Assembly (NCBI GenBank): GCA_002269645.1
Contig: NIVC01001372.1
Location: 238,742 to 302,741 of the forward strand
Origin: Macrostomum lignano
Lineage: Eukaryota
Direction of reading: 5' to 3'
DNA length: 64,000 bases
Below are positions 1 to 13,690 of the stretch, piece by piece (position 1 is the stretch's first letter; each line of letters opens with the position of its first letter). The notes under the pieces were generated by a model. The model saw nothing but the letters and a program-made list of their open reading frames with translations. It did not search any database and was not told the origin of the DNA. A program made the translations under genes and the position numbers.

Positions 1-156
1 GCCGAATGCTCGGGGAAAGATTAGCTATGCGCTCGCTTTGGAAGTAGAAAGGAAGAGAAGTTATGAGATTAGCTGTGTTCGTACAACATAAGCATTTTGA
101 ACGTTGTAGTTACTAGTGTTGTACAAGGGGTTTGGTCACACACAATTAGGAAACTG

Positions 157-614
157 CTGTCCAAGAGGTGACACACACACACACACACACACACACATCT
201 GTCCATGAGGGGACACACATCTGTCCAAGAGGTGACACACACACACACCTGTCCATGAGGTGACACACACACACTTGTCCATGAGGTGACACACACACAC
301 CTGTCCATGAGGTGACACACACACACACCTGTCCATGAGGTGACACACACCTGTCCATGAGGTGACACACACACACGTGTCCATGAGGTGACACACACAC
401 ACACCTGTCCATGAGGTGACACACACACACACACCTGTCCATGAGGTGACACACACACACACACACCTGTCCATGAGGTGACACACACCTGTCCATGAGG
501 TGACACACACACACACACACACACACACCTGTCCATGAGGTGACACGCACACACACACACACCTGTCCATGAGGTGACACACACACACACACACACACAC
601 CTGTCCATGAGGTG

Positions 615-654
<40 letters not shown>

Positions 655-750
655 GTCCATGAGGTGACACACACACACACACACACACACACACCTGTCC
701 ATGAGGTGACACACACACACACCTGTCCATGAGGTGACACACACATCTGT
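157..750. repeat. Compound minisatellite: constant CTGTCCATGAGGTG core alternating with variable-length (AC)n tracts
   Basis: About 20 copies of the 14-bp core, each followed by roughly 3-16 AC units. Confidence 0.95.
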
Positions 751-1569
751 CTAAGAGCCGCTAAAAGCTCTCTATTCCAAGCTTCATGCTAAGGGGTAAA
801 AATGTATAAATTAAATGGTTGGCTATTTAAAAAAGCGAAACAATATAGAGAACCATTTGTCACTAACTACTGCCTTGAATTATGAAAAAGGTATAAAATT
901 TATGCTCCATTACTCTCATTAATTAATCAATCAGTCCATCAGGGGTTCCTTCGCCTTGAGTATCCAGCTCGATAAACTAAAGGTTTAGGCTATAGGAGAC
1001 TCCCAACCACCAGCAAGGGTCTCATACCTCAGAGTGCTTCATTACACGTTAACAATAATTTTTATACGAGCTATATACGGGCTGTTAAATACAGATTTGG
1101 ATGAAATATGCGGGCTCGGGGCAAATATAATGAGCAAAATGTTGAGTTGCCCAACTCATAAAATCGGGGGTGGGGCAAAAAATCTGCCTCCCCACCTGCA
1201 CCACCTGGGCGATTTGGTCTGCCTGTCAATCAAATCAAGTGCTGCCACGAGAGAGAGGGGGAACTCTTGCTGCTTCTACAAGTGGCCAAGGCCCACTGGT
1301 ACAGTGTGGGTTGGTAAGACTCTCACAGAAATTCGTATTTGGTTGAATATTTTAATTTAACATTACACTTCAAATGTACACACATGTACAGGGCCCCTTT
1401 GCGATAAATACTTTCGATACATATCGTCATTAATGTTTACACGCGTTCTTTCTAGAAAATTCCTATTTTAAACTGTCCAAAGACTTTCTTAAAGTAGCTA
1501 AAATATATATATAATTGCAATGGTCTGTGGACACCCTGGTGCAACACCTTCGCCTTAGGCATGTGCCAT

Positions 1570-1649
1570 CCCCTCCGCAGCCAGGAATCGAACCAGGGGA
1601 CGATGGTGCGAGAGTCAGGCGGGTTCAGCGCTGAGCTGCACTGAAGCTA
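1570..1649 (-). mobile_element. tRNA-derived SINE head or degenerate tRNA pseudogene
   Basis: Minus strand reads GCTTCAGTGCAGCTCAGCG...CCCTGGTTCGATTCCTGGCTGCGGAG: a B-box GGTTCGATTCC inside a T-arm-like stem, with an A-box-like GCTCAG upstream. Acceptor and anticodon stems are imperfect. Confidence 0.5.
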
Positions 1650-2254
1650 ATTACAATATCGACTTGATCCAATATTATTCCGTCGTTAGCTAGTTTAAAA
1701 TTCATAAGCCAATCTGCTTAAATTAAGTTTTCCAAATTGATTTTCAATCGGCTTTGGACACAACTTGGCAAAAACGCTGTTACCATGGCGAAGAAACTGG
1801 AGAGATTTTGTAGTTTCAAATATCGATCGCTCAGGGTCTTTTTGGGGGGTCGAGGGATGAAGCTTGGCTTGAAAAGGCGGAGACTGGGGGGGGGACAAGT
1901 TGAGGGATCGATTGAGCAAAATTTTGAAACAATACATGAGCTTGAGTTCCCTCCCATAATACTCTGTAGACTGGCTAGTGCTTTTGTGTTTAGCAAGCGG
2001 CTTAGCTGCTCAGGTGAGCAGTTGTGGTCTCAGCGGTGTTGGAGCAGGCAGTATTCTTTATGGCTAAAAGCGATCGATACACGGTAACTATTGGAGAATA
2101 TGGGGACCATTTCTTCAACTCAACTAGACCCAGCAAACAGCTTCTACTGAGCTGTGCTGACATCAGTCTGGTGTTCTCATTCATATATCTATCTCATGTT
2201 TAGCTGACTCTGTCTCAACATACATCCTTATCCATACATCTCGGTCTCCTCTAA

Positions 2255-2435
2255 TCTCTATCTGTATATGTATATCCAATCTCCATCATAAATCCCCATT
2301 TTCTATCTCTACCTCTATCTCTATCTGTATCTCTATCTCTACCTCTATCTCTATCTAAACCTCTATTTCTATCTCTAGTCTCTATCTATATCTCTAATCT
2401 CTATCTATATCTCTATCTATCGATCTCTATCTCAA
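2255..2435. repeat. Degenerate (TCTATC)n low-complexity tract
   Basis: Repeated ctctatct/tctatc hexamers. Confidence 0.8.
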
Positions 2436-3037
2436 CGGCTACCTAAATATATTTAATCTTTATATTTTCTCTGTCTAATCTTGACTCAAAAATCTCAACG
2501 AGATGTGAAAATGCGATCTCTGATTTTTCCTCAACTTTTTTCCTTGTCAAGTGGGTTGCATGGAGGAAAAAATCTGGTGAGTGCATTTTAGTGAGTTTAT
2601 CACAAAGACTAATCTAAGGTCAAATTCTACCCAAGTGCGTGAATGTGACCTCACTGACTCCCGCAGTCAATCCTATGGATGCTCTTCGTGGCGTGTTTTG
2701 CAATTTTTTTTCTGGTAGAAAGACAATGAAAAACAAGCCTATTTGATCAGTTCAAAAGTGAAGATCTGAAAAAAAGACTACTCACATATGTAGACTCTTT
2801 CACGTCATGGCCTCAGTGCTTCTTTTGTCTTTTCTGAGTCAAAGTCTCTATCAAAGGACACGTCATACAAATTTCCCAGTGATAATTGAGTTTGTTTCAG
2901 TTTGCCTTGCCAGTGGGGAACATATAGGGGAGCACAGCCAAGGTCATAGACTTCTGCAGGGTAGAGTCTGGACTGAATTGTTTTTAGTCTGTAAACAGCC
3001 CTTGGCAGGACATCCTGTCGACAGGACATTTGGCACC

Positions 3038-3460
3038 TAGGACACCCCAGTTTGGAGTTTAGAACACCCCAGTTTGGAGTTTAGGACACCCCAGATTGGA
3101 GCTTAGGACACCCCAGTGTGGAGTTTGGGACACCCCAAGTGTGGAGTTTAGGACACCCCAGTGTGGAGTTTAGGACACCCCAAGTGTGGAGTTTGGGACA
3201 CCCCAGTGTGGAGTTGAGGACACCCCAGTGTGGAGTTGAGGACACCCCAGTTTGGAGTTTGGGACACCCCAGTTTGGATTTTAGGACATCCCAGACCAGA
3301 TTGGAGCATAGGACACCCAAGATTGGAGATTAGGACACCCCATTTCGGAGCTTAAAACACCCTATTTTGGAGCTTAAGACACCCCCATTTTGGAGCTTAA
3401 GACACCCCCATTTTGGAGCTTAAGACACCCCTATTTTGGAGCTTAAGACACCCCAGCTTG
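3038..3460. repeat. ~22-23 bp minisatellite (GGACACCCCAGTTTGGAGTTTA)
   Basis: Tandem copies visible; drifts to AAGACACCCCCATTTTGGAGCTT variants at the right end. Confidence 0.9.
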
Positions 3461-4184
3461 AGACTTTTTCGACAGGACTTTCCTTCCAGTCCATAATTAG
3501 CATGCACACAGTGTATTCAGCAGTCCATGAACGCACAGATACTTCAGTACAAAATCCAATCCCTTAGCCTAATATAAAGACTGCTCAACCTCACTACGCG
3601 GGCTGGTAGAACAATGGAGTTCTCATGTCACGGATATGGGATAATTCGGTGTTGAGAGGTACTTATATATCACCTTCGAAGGACGTATAGCTAATCAGAT
3701 CATGGGTCTCTAGTCACACCCTTTTTCATCAAACACTGACAACAAACCGCGGCGCACCGGGCAGTAATAAAGCTGTATACATTAGATGATTGAACGAGTG
3801 AGGTAAAAATTCTGACTCACTGGATCGTAACTCACCCGTAGCGTATGTATGCTTTATGCTATGTAGTTGGGGCGTTTTTTGGGGATGCCGCGATGAACAA
3901 TCCTTCTCATTGTTCATTCATATCCATTGTTGGCGGCAACTTTTCTGTATAATGCTATGACCGAAAAGGTGTAAAAAATATCTTAGAAATTGGCTAGAGA
4001 CCGATAAAGAACGCATTTTTTGTTATGCTAGATAACACAAAGTGAAACTTTATGAATTTTTTTAGTTTCTAAAATTGTTATTTATGCAGTTTTAAAGCAA
4101 GTCAATGGTCGCCAAAATTATTTAATGGCATATGTTTGCTAACGACAGATAGAGAATCTGGTGCGTGACTGCGAGACAGGCGAG

Positions 4185-5597
4185 AGAGGAGAGGGGATGG
4201 AGAGAGTAGAAAGAGAGAGATGAAAGAGGAAAGAAGAGAGGAGAGAGGAAAAAAAGAGTAAAGAGAGGAGAGAGAAGAGAGAAGAGAAGAGAGAGGAGAG
4301 AGGAGAGAGGAGAGAGGGGGAGAGAGAGGGAGAGAGAGGAGAGCCTCCAATCCCGGGCACTGACACGGTAAAAAGACCAGGAACAAAAAGTTTGAATTGT
4401 AATAGTTCCCGATATTTCGAAATTATTATATTACTTCATCAGGGCAAGTGAAAAGGGAGAGAGAGGAGAGAGGAGAGAGGAGAGAGAGGAGAGGAGAGAA
4501 GAGAGGAGAGAGGAGAGAAGTGAGGAGAGAAGAGAGAAGAGAGTAGAGAAGAGAGTAGAGAGGAGAGAAGAGAGGAGAAAAGAGAGAAGAGAAGAGAGAA
4601 GAGAGGAGAGAATAGAGAAAAGAGAGTAGAGAAGAGAGGAGAGAGGAGAGAAGAAAATAGAGAAGAGAGAAGAGAGTAGAGAAGAGAGAAGAGAGGAGAG
4701 AAGAGAGGAGAGAGGAGAGAAGAGAGGAGAGAGGAGAGAAGAGAGGAGAGAGGAGAGAAGAGAGGAGAGAGGAGAGAAGAGGGGAGAGAGGAGAGAAGAG
4801 AGGAGAGAAGAGAGGAGAGAGGAGACAAGAGAGGAGAGAGGAGACAAGAGAGGAGAGAGGAGAGAAAAGAGGAGACAAGAGAGGAGAGAGGAGAGAAGAA
4901 AATAGAGAAGAGAGGAGAGAGGAGAGAAGAAAGGAGAGAGGAGAGAAGAAAATAGAGAAGAGAGAAGAGAGGAGAGAAGAGAGGAGAGAGGAGAGAAGAG
5001 AGGAGAGAGGAGAGAAGAAAATAGAGAAGAGAGAAGAGAGTAGAGAAGAGAGAAGAGAGGAGAGAAGAGAGGAGAGAGGAGAGAAGAGGGGAGAGAGGAG
5101 AGAAGAGAGGAGAGAGGAGAGAAGAGGGGAGAGAGGAGAGAAGAGGGGAGAGAGGAGAGAAGAGAGAAGATAGGAGAGAAGAGAGGAGAGAGGAGAGAAG
5201 AAAATAGAGAAGAGAGAAGAGAGTAGAGAAGAGAGAAGAGAGGAGAGAAGAGAGGAGAGAGGAGAGAAGAGGGGAGAGAAGAGAGAAGAGAGGAGAGAGG
5301 AGAGAAGAGGGGAGAGAGGAGAGAAGAGAGGAGAGAAGAGAGAAGAGAGGACAGAAGAGAGGAGAGAGGAGACAAGAGAGGAGAGAGGAGACAATAGAGG
5401 AGAGAGGAGAGAAGAGAGGAGACAAGAGAGGAGTGAGGAGAGGAGAGAGGAGAGGAGAGAGGAGAGAAGAGAGGAAAGAAGAGAGAAGAGAGGAGAGAAG
5501 AGAGGAGAGAGGAGAGAAGAGAGGAGAGAAGAGAAGAGAGAAGAGAGGAGAGAAGAGAGAATAGAGGACAGAAGAGAGAAGAGAGGAGAGAAGAGAG
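4185..5597. repeat. Polypurine (AGAGG/AGAGA/GAGAA)n microsatellite in two blocks (4185-4340 and 4456-5597)
   Basis: Almost pure A/G on the plus strand; source of the spurious poly-Leu/Ser minus-strand ORFs. Confidence 0.95.
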
Positions 5598-5643
5598 CTG
5601 AGAAAGCCCCGAGCGAGCCGTATTGCTATTCTGAAGTCTCAAT

Positions 5644-5697
5644 GGACCCGAGGGCCGGACAGAGGCTTTTGTGGGTCGCATGTGGCCCGCGGGCCGG
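5644..5697. mobile_element. Possible hAT-type MITE subterminal remnant
   Basis: Palindrome GGCCCGCGGGCC at 5684-5695 plus a degenerate copy GGACCCGAGGGCCGG; this motif is common near the ends of hAT-family non-autonomous elements. No TIR or TSD found. Confidence 0.25.
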
Positions 5698-6125
5698 GAG
5701 GTAGTCGAGTTTGCTTTCATTTGCAGTGATCCAAAGGTCCCTGAAATACATTAGCAGCGTGTTCGCCCCTGGATCCCCTAGGCCTAGATCAACATCACAC
5801 AGTCATACGGAATATAACAAAGCCAAGATAGCAGGCGAAAAAGCCATATGAAGATGAAGTGTCAACTAACCCAGTTCCTGGGTCACAGCGGATCATCATT
5901 GTTCTCACCTGTCATGCATTATTTACACGCAGTAATCTTATATCATCATTTATTTGCGACAATCGTATTGTATGCATAGCAAAGTGCGATATGCATATGA
6001 TATCCTTTATCTACACGAGATATTAATAATGTGGCGGTAGAATCTATAGAATCAATGAGGATATACTTATAGAGCTTGAGTGCAGGACCAATTTCTTTAA
6101 AAATTACATTAAAGAGTTTGCACCG

Positions 6126-6693
6126 CGCCACAAATTAGATTGGCGCCACACAGATTAGATTGGCGCCACACAGATTAGTTTGGCGCCACACAGATTAGTT
6201 TGGCGCCACACAAATTAGATAGGCGCCACACAAAAAATAGATTGGCGCCATACAAGTTAGATAGGCGCCACATAAATTAGACTGGCACCACAGAAATTAG
6301 ATTGGCGCCACACGGATTAGATTGGCGCCCCACAAATTAGACTGGCACCACACAAATTAGATTGGCACCACACAAATTAGATTGGCGCCACACAAAAATT
6401 AGATTGGCGCCATAAAAGTTAGATTGGCGCCATACAAACTAGATTGGCACCACACAAAAATTAGATTGGCGCCATACAAGTTAGATTGGCGCCATACAAA
6501 TTAGATAGGCGCCACACAGATAAGTTTGGCACCACATAAATTAGATAGGCACCACACAGATTAGATTGGCACCACACAAACTAGATAGGCGCCACACAAA
6601 TTAGACTGGCACCACATAGATTAGATTGGCGCCACACAGAAATGATTGGCGCCACACAAATTAGATTGGCGCCACAAAAGTTGGATAGGCGCC
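6126..6693. repeat. ~20 bp minisatellite (GGCGCCACACAAATTAGATT)
   Basis: About 27 tandem, moderately diverged copies. Confidence 0.92.
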
Positions 6694-7232
6694 CCCTCTG
6701 GGTAAAAGCTATGTTTAGCTAAGCAGGGGCAGCTATTCAGAATCACAGAAAAGTTGGCTTCCACTCAGAGGCATGATGAGTAAGCGGCAAAAAAGCACAC
6801 AACTAACATGCGCACCCATAAAATACATGCAGTTGGCTGGTTGCTTAGGAAAGCGCGATTGTAAATCACTTCCGTTATTTGACTTTCTGCTCCACAGCTA
6901 CAACATATTCAACTCTCATCATTGAGCTGTACTCAGCGCTGTGCTCATTTTCCACTTTTTCTTTCTTCTATCCATTTTGGTTTTCTGATTAATTTCTGTG
7001 CCCAATTCTTTAAGTTGCACAATATGAAGGACATCTGTGTACCTGTGTGCGATTTATAATAATGTAATGAAGAACTGTAGGAAGAGAAAGAGGATTATAG
7101 ATTAGTTGGGGGAATGGGGAATAAAATAATTAAGAAGTGGGAGCAGAGCGAGAGTAGTGGCAGGAACTATTAGAGTTCTACGTACTTTTTCAAATGTATT
7201 TGCTGCAACAAACACTAAATCTAGAAATTTCT

Positions 7233-9823
7233 ACCTAAACTTCACAAACCCTATTACCTAAACTTCACAAACCCTATTACCTAAACTTCACAAACCCTAT
7301 TACCTAAACTTTACAAACCCTATTACCTAAACTTCACAAACCCTATTGCCTAAACTTCACAAACCCTATTACCTAAACTTTACAAACCCTATTACCTAAA
7401 CTTCACAAACCAAATTACCTAGACTTTACAAACTCTATTACCTAAACTTTACAAACCCTATTACCTAAACTTCACAAACCCTATTACCTAAACTTCACAA
7501 ACCCTATTACCTAAACTTCACAAACACTATTACCTAAACTTTACAAACCCTATTACCTAAACTTCTCAAACCCTATTACCTAAACTTTACAAACCCTATT
7601 ACCTAAACTTCACAAACCAAATTACCTAGACTTTACAAACTCTATTACCTAAACTTCACAAACCAAATTACCTAGACTTTACAAACTCTATTACCTAAAC
7701 TTCACAAACCAAATTACCTAGACTTTACAAACTCTATTACCTAAACTTCACAAACCAAATTACCTAGACTTTACAAACTCTATTACCTAAACTTCACAAA
7801 CCCTATTACCTAAACTTTACAAACCCTATTACCTAAACTTCACAAACCAAATTACCTAGACTTTACAAACTCTATTACCTAAACTTCACAAACCAAATTA
7901 CCTAGACTTTACAAACTCTATTACCTAAACTTCACAAACCAAATTACCTAGACTTTACAAACTCTATTACCTAAACTTCACAAACCCTATTACCTAAACT
8001 TCACAAACCCTATTACCTAAACTTTACAAACCCTATTACCTAAACTTTACAAACCCCATTACCTAAACTTCACAAACCCTATTACCTAAACTTCACAAAC
8101 CCTATTACCTAAACTTTACAAACCCTATTACCTAAACTTCACAAACCAAATTACCTAGACTTTACAAACTCTATTACCTAAACTTCACAAACCAAATTAC
8201 CTAGACTTTACAAACTCTATTACCTAAACTTCACAAACCAAATTACCTAGACTTTACAAACTCTATTACCTAAACTTCACAAACCAAATTACCTAGACTT
8301 TACAAACTCTATTACCTAAACTTCACAAACCAAATTACCTAGACTTTACAAACTCTATTACCTAAACTTCACAAACCCTATTACCTAAACTTCACAAACC
8401 CTATTACCTAAACTTTACAAACCCTATTACCTAAACTTTACAAACCCTATTACCTAAACTTCACAAACCCTATTACCTAAACTTCACAAACCCTATTACC
8501 TAAACTTCACAAACCCTATTACCTAAACTTCACAAACCCTATTACCTAAACTTCACAAAACCTATTACCTAAACTTCACAAACCCTATTACCTAAACTTC
8601 ACAAACCCTATTACCTAAACTTCACAAACCTTATTACCTAAACTTCACAAACCCTATTACCTAAACTTCACAAACCCTATTACCTAAACTTCACAAACCC
8701 TATTGCCTAAACTTCACAAACCCTATTACCTAAACTTCACAAACCCTATTACCTAAACTTCACAAACCCTATTACCTAAACTTCACAAACCCTATTACCT
8801 AAACTTCACAAACCCTATTACCTAAACTTCACAAACCCTATTACCTAAACTTCACAAACCCTATTACCTAAACTTCACAAACCCTATTGCCTAAACTTCA
8901 CAAACCCTATTACCTAAACTTCACAAACCCTATTACCTAAACTTTACAAACCCCATTACCTAAACTTTACAAACCCTATTACCTAAACTTCACAAACCCT
9001 ACTACCTAAACTTCACAAACCCTATTACCTAAACTTCACAAACCCTATTACCTAAACTTCACAAACCCTATTGCCTAAACTTCACAAACTCTATTACCTA
9101 AACTTCACAAACCCTATTACCTAGACTTTACAAACTCTATTACCTAAACTTCACAAACCAAATTACCTAGACTTTACAAACTCTATTACCTAAACTTCAC
9201 AAACCCTATTACCTAAACTTTACAAACCCTATTACCTAAACTTCACAAACCAAATTACCTAGACTTTACAAACTCTATTACCTAAACTTCACAAACCAAA
9301 TTACCTAGACTTTACAAACTCTATTACCTAAACTTCACAAACCAAATTACCTAGACTTTACAAACTCTATTACCTAAACTTCACAAACCCTATTACCTAA
9401 ACTTCACAAACCCTATTACCTAAACTTCACAAACCCTATTACCTAAACTTCACAAACCCTATTACCTAAACTTCACAAACCCTATTACCTAAACTTCACA
9501 AACCCTATTACCTAAACTTCACAAACCCTATTACCTAAACTTCACAAACCCTATTACCTAAACTTCACAAACCCTATTACCTAAACTTCACAAACCCTAT
9601 TGCCTAAACTTCACAAACCCTATTACCTAAACTTCACAAACCCTATTGCCTAAACTTCACAAACCCTATTACCTAAACTTCACAAACCCTATTACCTAAA
9701 CTTCACAAACCCCATTACCTAAACTTCACAAACCCTATTACCTAAACTTCACAAACCCTATTACCTAAACTTCACAAACCCCATTACCTAAACTTCACAA
9801 ACCCTATTACCTAAACTTCACAA
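7233..9823. repeat. 23-bp minisatellite (AAACCCTATTACCTAAACTTCAC) with 46-bp dimer sub-blocks
   Basis: Period 23 (e.g. 7271 to 7294), about 110 copies; variant AAACCAAATTACCTAGACTTTAC alternates with AAACTCTATTACCTAAACTTCAC. Confidence 0.97.
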
Positions 9824-10543
9824 CAAACGCAAGCCGAAACAAGACATTTATTATTAAAATGGTACAAACATTGTTCGCTTCCCCTGTCAGATATGATGAG
9901 CTTCATAAAATCTCTTTTGTTCAAAAAAACTTCTCATATATGCATCGATTTGTTTAGCAATGGGGAATTTTTCGCGTGTAGAACATGCCCAGCAGCTCTG
10001 ACATTGGAAAGCTTGTTTTCCCTATTTTTTCCTGGAAGCACCTGTTCTAATAAACTTTCTCTCTCACAAAGTGGGAAGCTTCCCTTCCGCCCCATCCCAT
10101 GGGTTGCCCGCCCCGCCAAACCCCAGATGAATGAATATTAATGAACCCGCCCTATGCCAGCCAAAAACTCTTCCTCCGTGAGCTCGGCAAGAGAAATATA
10201 AATGCTTTTGCAGAGGAAAAAATCCGGCATAGAAGTATGAATACAGAATTTGAAAGACAATGGGGTGTTTGAGTGATGAGTATTGTTTTTTTATACTTTT
10301 TTTCAACCATTATTGTCTATCCGCGCTTGCTAATGGAAATTTGACAGACGGGGCTGCTGGGTTTCTTTGTTCTTCTCGGGAAAAAAAATTGAGTACGCGT
10401 TTCTATGGCGCCACTTTCAGCGGGGCGAAAATCAGGGAGTTTTTTAGCGTTAAACATTTCCTGTTTGAACGCTGCAGTCTGAATGAATTCAGTTTTTATA
10501 TTAGATAGTGTGCCATTTTATGTCCGAGAAGATGCTTTTTTAA

Positions 10544-12080
10544 TCTGGGAGGTGCCATTTCTATCTGGGAGGTGCCATTTCTATCTGGGAGGTGCCATTT
10601 CTCTCTGGGAGGTGCCATTTCTCTCTGGGAGGTGCCATTTCTCTCTGGGAGGTGCCATTTCTATCTGGGAGGTGCCATTTCTCTCTGGGAGGTGCCATTT
10701 CTCTCTGGGAGGTGCCATTTCTCTCTGGGAGGTGCCATTTCTATCTGGGAGGTGCCATTTCTCTCTGGGAGGTGCCATTTCTATCTGGGAGGTGCCATTT
10801 CTCTCTGGGAGGTGCCATTTCTATCTGGGAGGTGCCATTTTCTTATCTGGGAGGTGCCATTTCTCTCTGGGAGGTGCCATTTCTCTCTGGGAGGTGCCAT
10901 TTCTCTCTGGGAGGTGCCATTTCTCTCTGGGAGGTGCCATTTCTATCTGGGAGGTGCCATTTCTATCTGGGAGGTGCCATTTCTATCTGGGAGGTGCCAT
11001 TTCTATCTGGGAGGTGCCATTTCTATCTGGGAGGTGCCATTTCTCTCTGGGAGGTGCCATTTCTATCTGGGAGGTGCCATTTCTCTCTGGGAGGTGCCAT
11101 TTCTATCTGGGAGGTGCCATTTTCTTATCTGGGAGGTGCCATTTCTCTCTGGGAGGTGCCATTTCTCTCTGGGAGGTGCCATTTCTCTCTGGGAGGTGCC
11201 ATTTCTCTCTGGGAGGTGCCATTTCTCTCTGGGAGGTGCCATTTCTCTCTGGGAGGTGCCATTTTCTTATCTGGGAGGTGCCATTTCTATCTGGGAGGTG
11301 CCATTTCTATCTGGGAGGTGCCATTTCTATCTGGGAGGTGCCATTTCTCTCTGGGAGGTGCCATTTCTCTCTGGGAGGTGCCATTTCTATCTGGGAGGTG
11401 CCATTTCTCTCTGGGAGGTGCCATTTCTATCTGGGAGGTGCCATTTCTCTCTGGGAGGTGCCATTTCTCTCTGGGAGGTGCCATTTCTATCTGGGAGGTG
11501 CCATTTCTCTCTGGGAGGTGCCATTTCTATCTGGGAGGTGCTATTTCTCTCTGGGAGGTGCCATTTTCTTATCTGGGAGGTGCCATTTCTATCTGGGAGG
11601 TGCCATTTCTATCTGGGAGGTGCCATTTCTCTCTGGGAGGTGCCATTTCTCTCTGGGAGGTGCCATTTCTCTCTGGGAGGTGCCATTTCTATCTGGGAGG
11701 TGCCATTTTCTTATCTGGGAGGTGCCATTTTCTTATCTGGGAGGTGCCATTTTCTTATCTGGGAGGTGCTATTTTCTTATCTGGGAGGTGCCACTTCTAT
11801 CTGTGAGGTGCCATTTCTCTCTGGGAGGTCCCATTTCAAGCTGGGAGGTGCCATTTCAATCTGGGAGGTGCCATTTCTCTCTGGGAGGTGCCATTTTCTT
11901 ATCTGGGAGGTGCCATTTTCTTATCTGGGAGTTGCCATTTTTATCTGGGAGATGCCATTTTTTATTCGGGAAGTGTTATTTTTATCTGAGGTGCCATTTT
12001 TTGTCTGGAAGGTACCACTTTTATCCGGGAGGTGCCACTTATATATGGACGCAGGCAGTTTTTATCTCTATGGTGCCATT
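10544..12080. repeat. 20-bp minisatellite (TCTGGGAGGTGCCATTTCT[A/C]) with 22-bp variants
   Basis: About 70 copies; homogeneous to about 11760, degenerate afterwards. Confidence 0.97.
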
Positions 12081-12556
12081 TTTTATTTTTTAATATTTTT
12101 TCGAATATTTACAGTCTAATAAATTTCCGCATGCTCCCATGCACTTTCCACAAGACAACAACTGTAATGCTTAATGAAAGAATATTTATGAAAAACTGTA
12201 ATGAGCATCTTTGTAAAGAGTTGACGCTCACTCTTTTGATACAGACCCCCATTATAACAAACTCTAGGTCTATTTACAATTTAATTACAGTTCATGATGA
12301 GAGCCGAAAACCCTCAAGAGCTGTGTGGCACTTGTCTGCCACAAGCTGAAGTGGTGATGAAACAAGATTAACAATTGTTTAAATAAATGAACTGCATTGA
12401 ACCAATCCATAAGCTATGTGGGCTACAGACAATGATGAAGAAAAAATGTCTCCAAACTGTCTAGAGCGCAGCTACAGATGCCTTTTTTTAATGCTGCGCT
12501 CTCTGGCCAGCCAAAAGAAAAATATATATTACCTATTCCTTGCGGTTCTGAGTTAT

Positions 12557-13690
12557 ATTTTAGCGCCACTAGAACTCCATATTTTGGCGTCACTGGAACT
12601 CCATATTTTGGCGCCACTGGAACCCATATTTTGGCGCCACTGGAACCCATATTTTGGCGTCACTAGAACTCCATATTTTGGCGCCACTGGAACCCATATT
12701 TTGGCGTCACTAGAACTCCATATTTTGGCGTCACTAGAACTCCATATTTTGGCGTCACTAGAACTCCATATTTTGGCGTCACTAGAACTCCATATTTTGG
12801 CGCCACTAGAACTCCATATTTTAGCGTCACTAGAACTCCATATTTTGGCGTCACTAGAACTCCATATTTTGGCGTCACTAGAACTCCATATTTTGGCGCC
12901 ACTGGAACCCATATTTTAGCGCCACTAGAACTCCATATTTTGGCGTCACTAGAACTCCATATTTTGGCGCCACTGGAACCCATATTTTAGTGCCACTAGA
13001 ACCCATATTTTAGCGCCACTAGAACTCCATATTTTAGCGCCACTAGAACTCCATATTTTACCACATATTTGGCAACCAGAACTCCATATTTTGGCGCCAC
13101 TAGAACTCCATATTTTGGCGCCACTAGAACTCCATATTTTGGCGCCACTAGAACTCATATTTTAGCGCCAACAAAACTCCCTATTTTAGCGCCACTAGAA
13201 CTCATATTTTGGCGCCACTAGAACCCATTTTTGGCGCCACTAGAACTCCATATTTTGGCGCTACTAGAAACCATATTTTGGCGCCACTGCAAATCACATT
13301 TGGCGCCACTAGAACTCCATATTTTAGCGCCACCACAACTCCATATTTTAGCGCCACCACAACTCCATATTCTGGCGCCACTAGAACTCATATTTTGGCG
13401 CCACTAGAACTCCATATTTTGGCGCTACTGGAACCCATTTTTTGGCGCCACTGCAATCATATTTGGCGCCACTAGAAACCATATTTTAGCGCCATTGGAA
13501 CCCATTTTTTCGCCACTAGAAACCATATTTTAGCGTCACTGGAACCCATTTTTTGGCGCCACTAGAAACCGTATTTTACGGCCACTGGAACTCATTTTTG
13601 GCGCCACTAGAAACCATATTTTATCGCCATTGGAACCCATTTTTGGCGCCACTAGAACTCCATATTTTAGCGCCACTGGAACCCATATTT
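12557..13690. repeat. 24-bp minisatellite (GGCG[C/T]CACTAGAACTCCATATTTT)
   Basis: Translates as an 8-aa repeat (ILASLELH), i.e. a 24-bp period; degenerates to the right. Confidence 0.95.

Noticed and set aside
157-750. CRISPR-like repeat-spacer appearance
   Set aside because: Spacers are only (AC)n, the repeat is 14 bp, there are no cas genes, and the context is eukaryotic.
7233-9823. True telomere array or chromosome end
   Set aside because: The unit is 23 bp, not a canonical short telomere repeat, and it is flanked by unique DNA on both sides.
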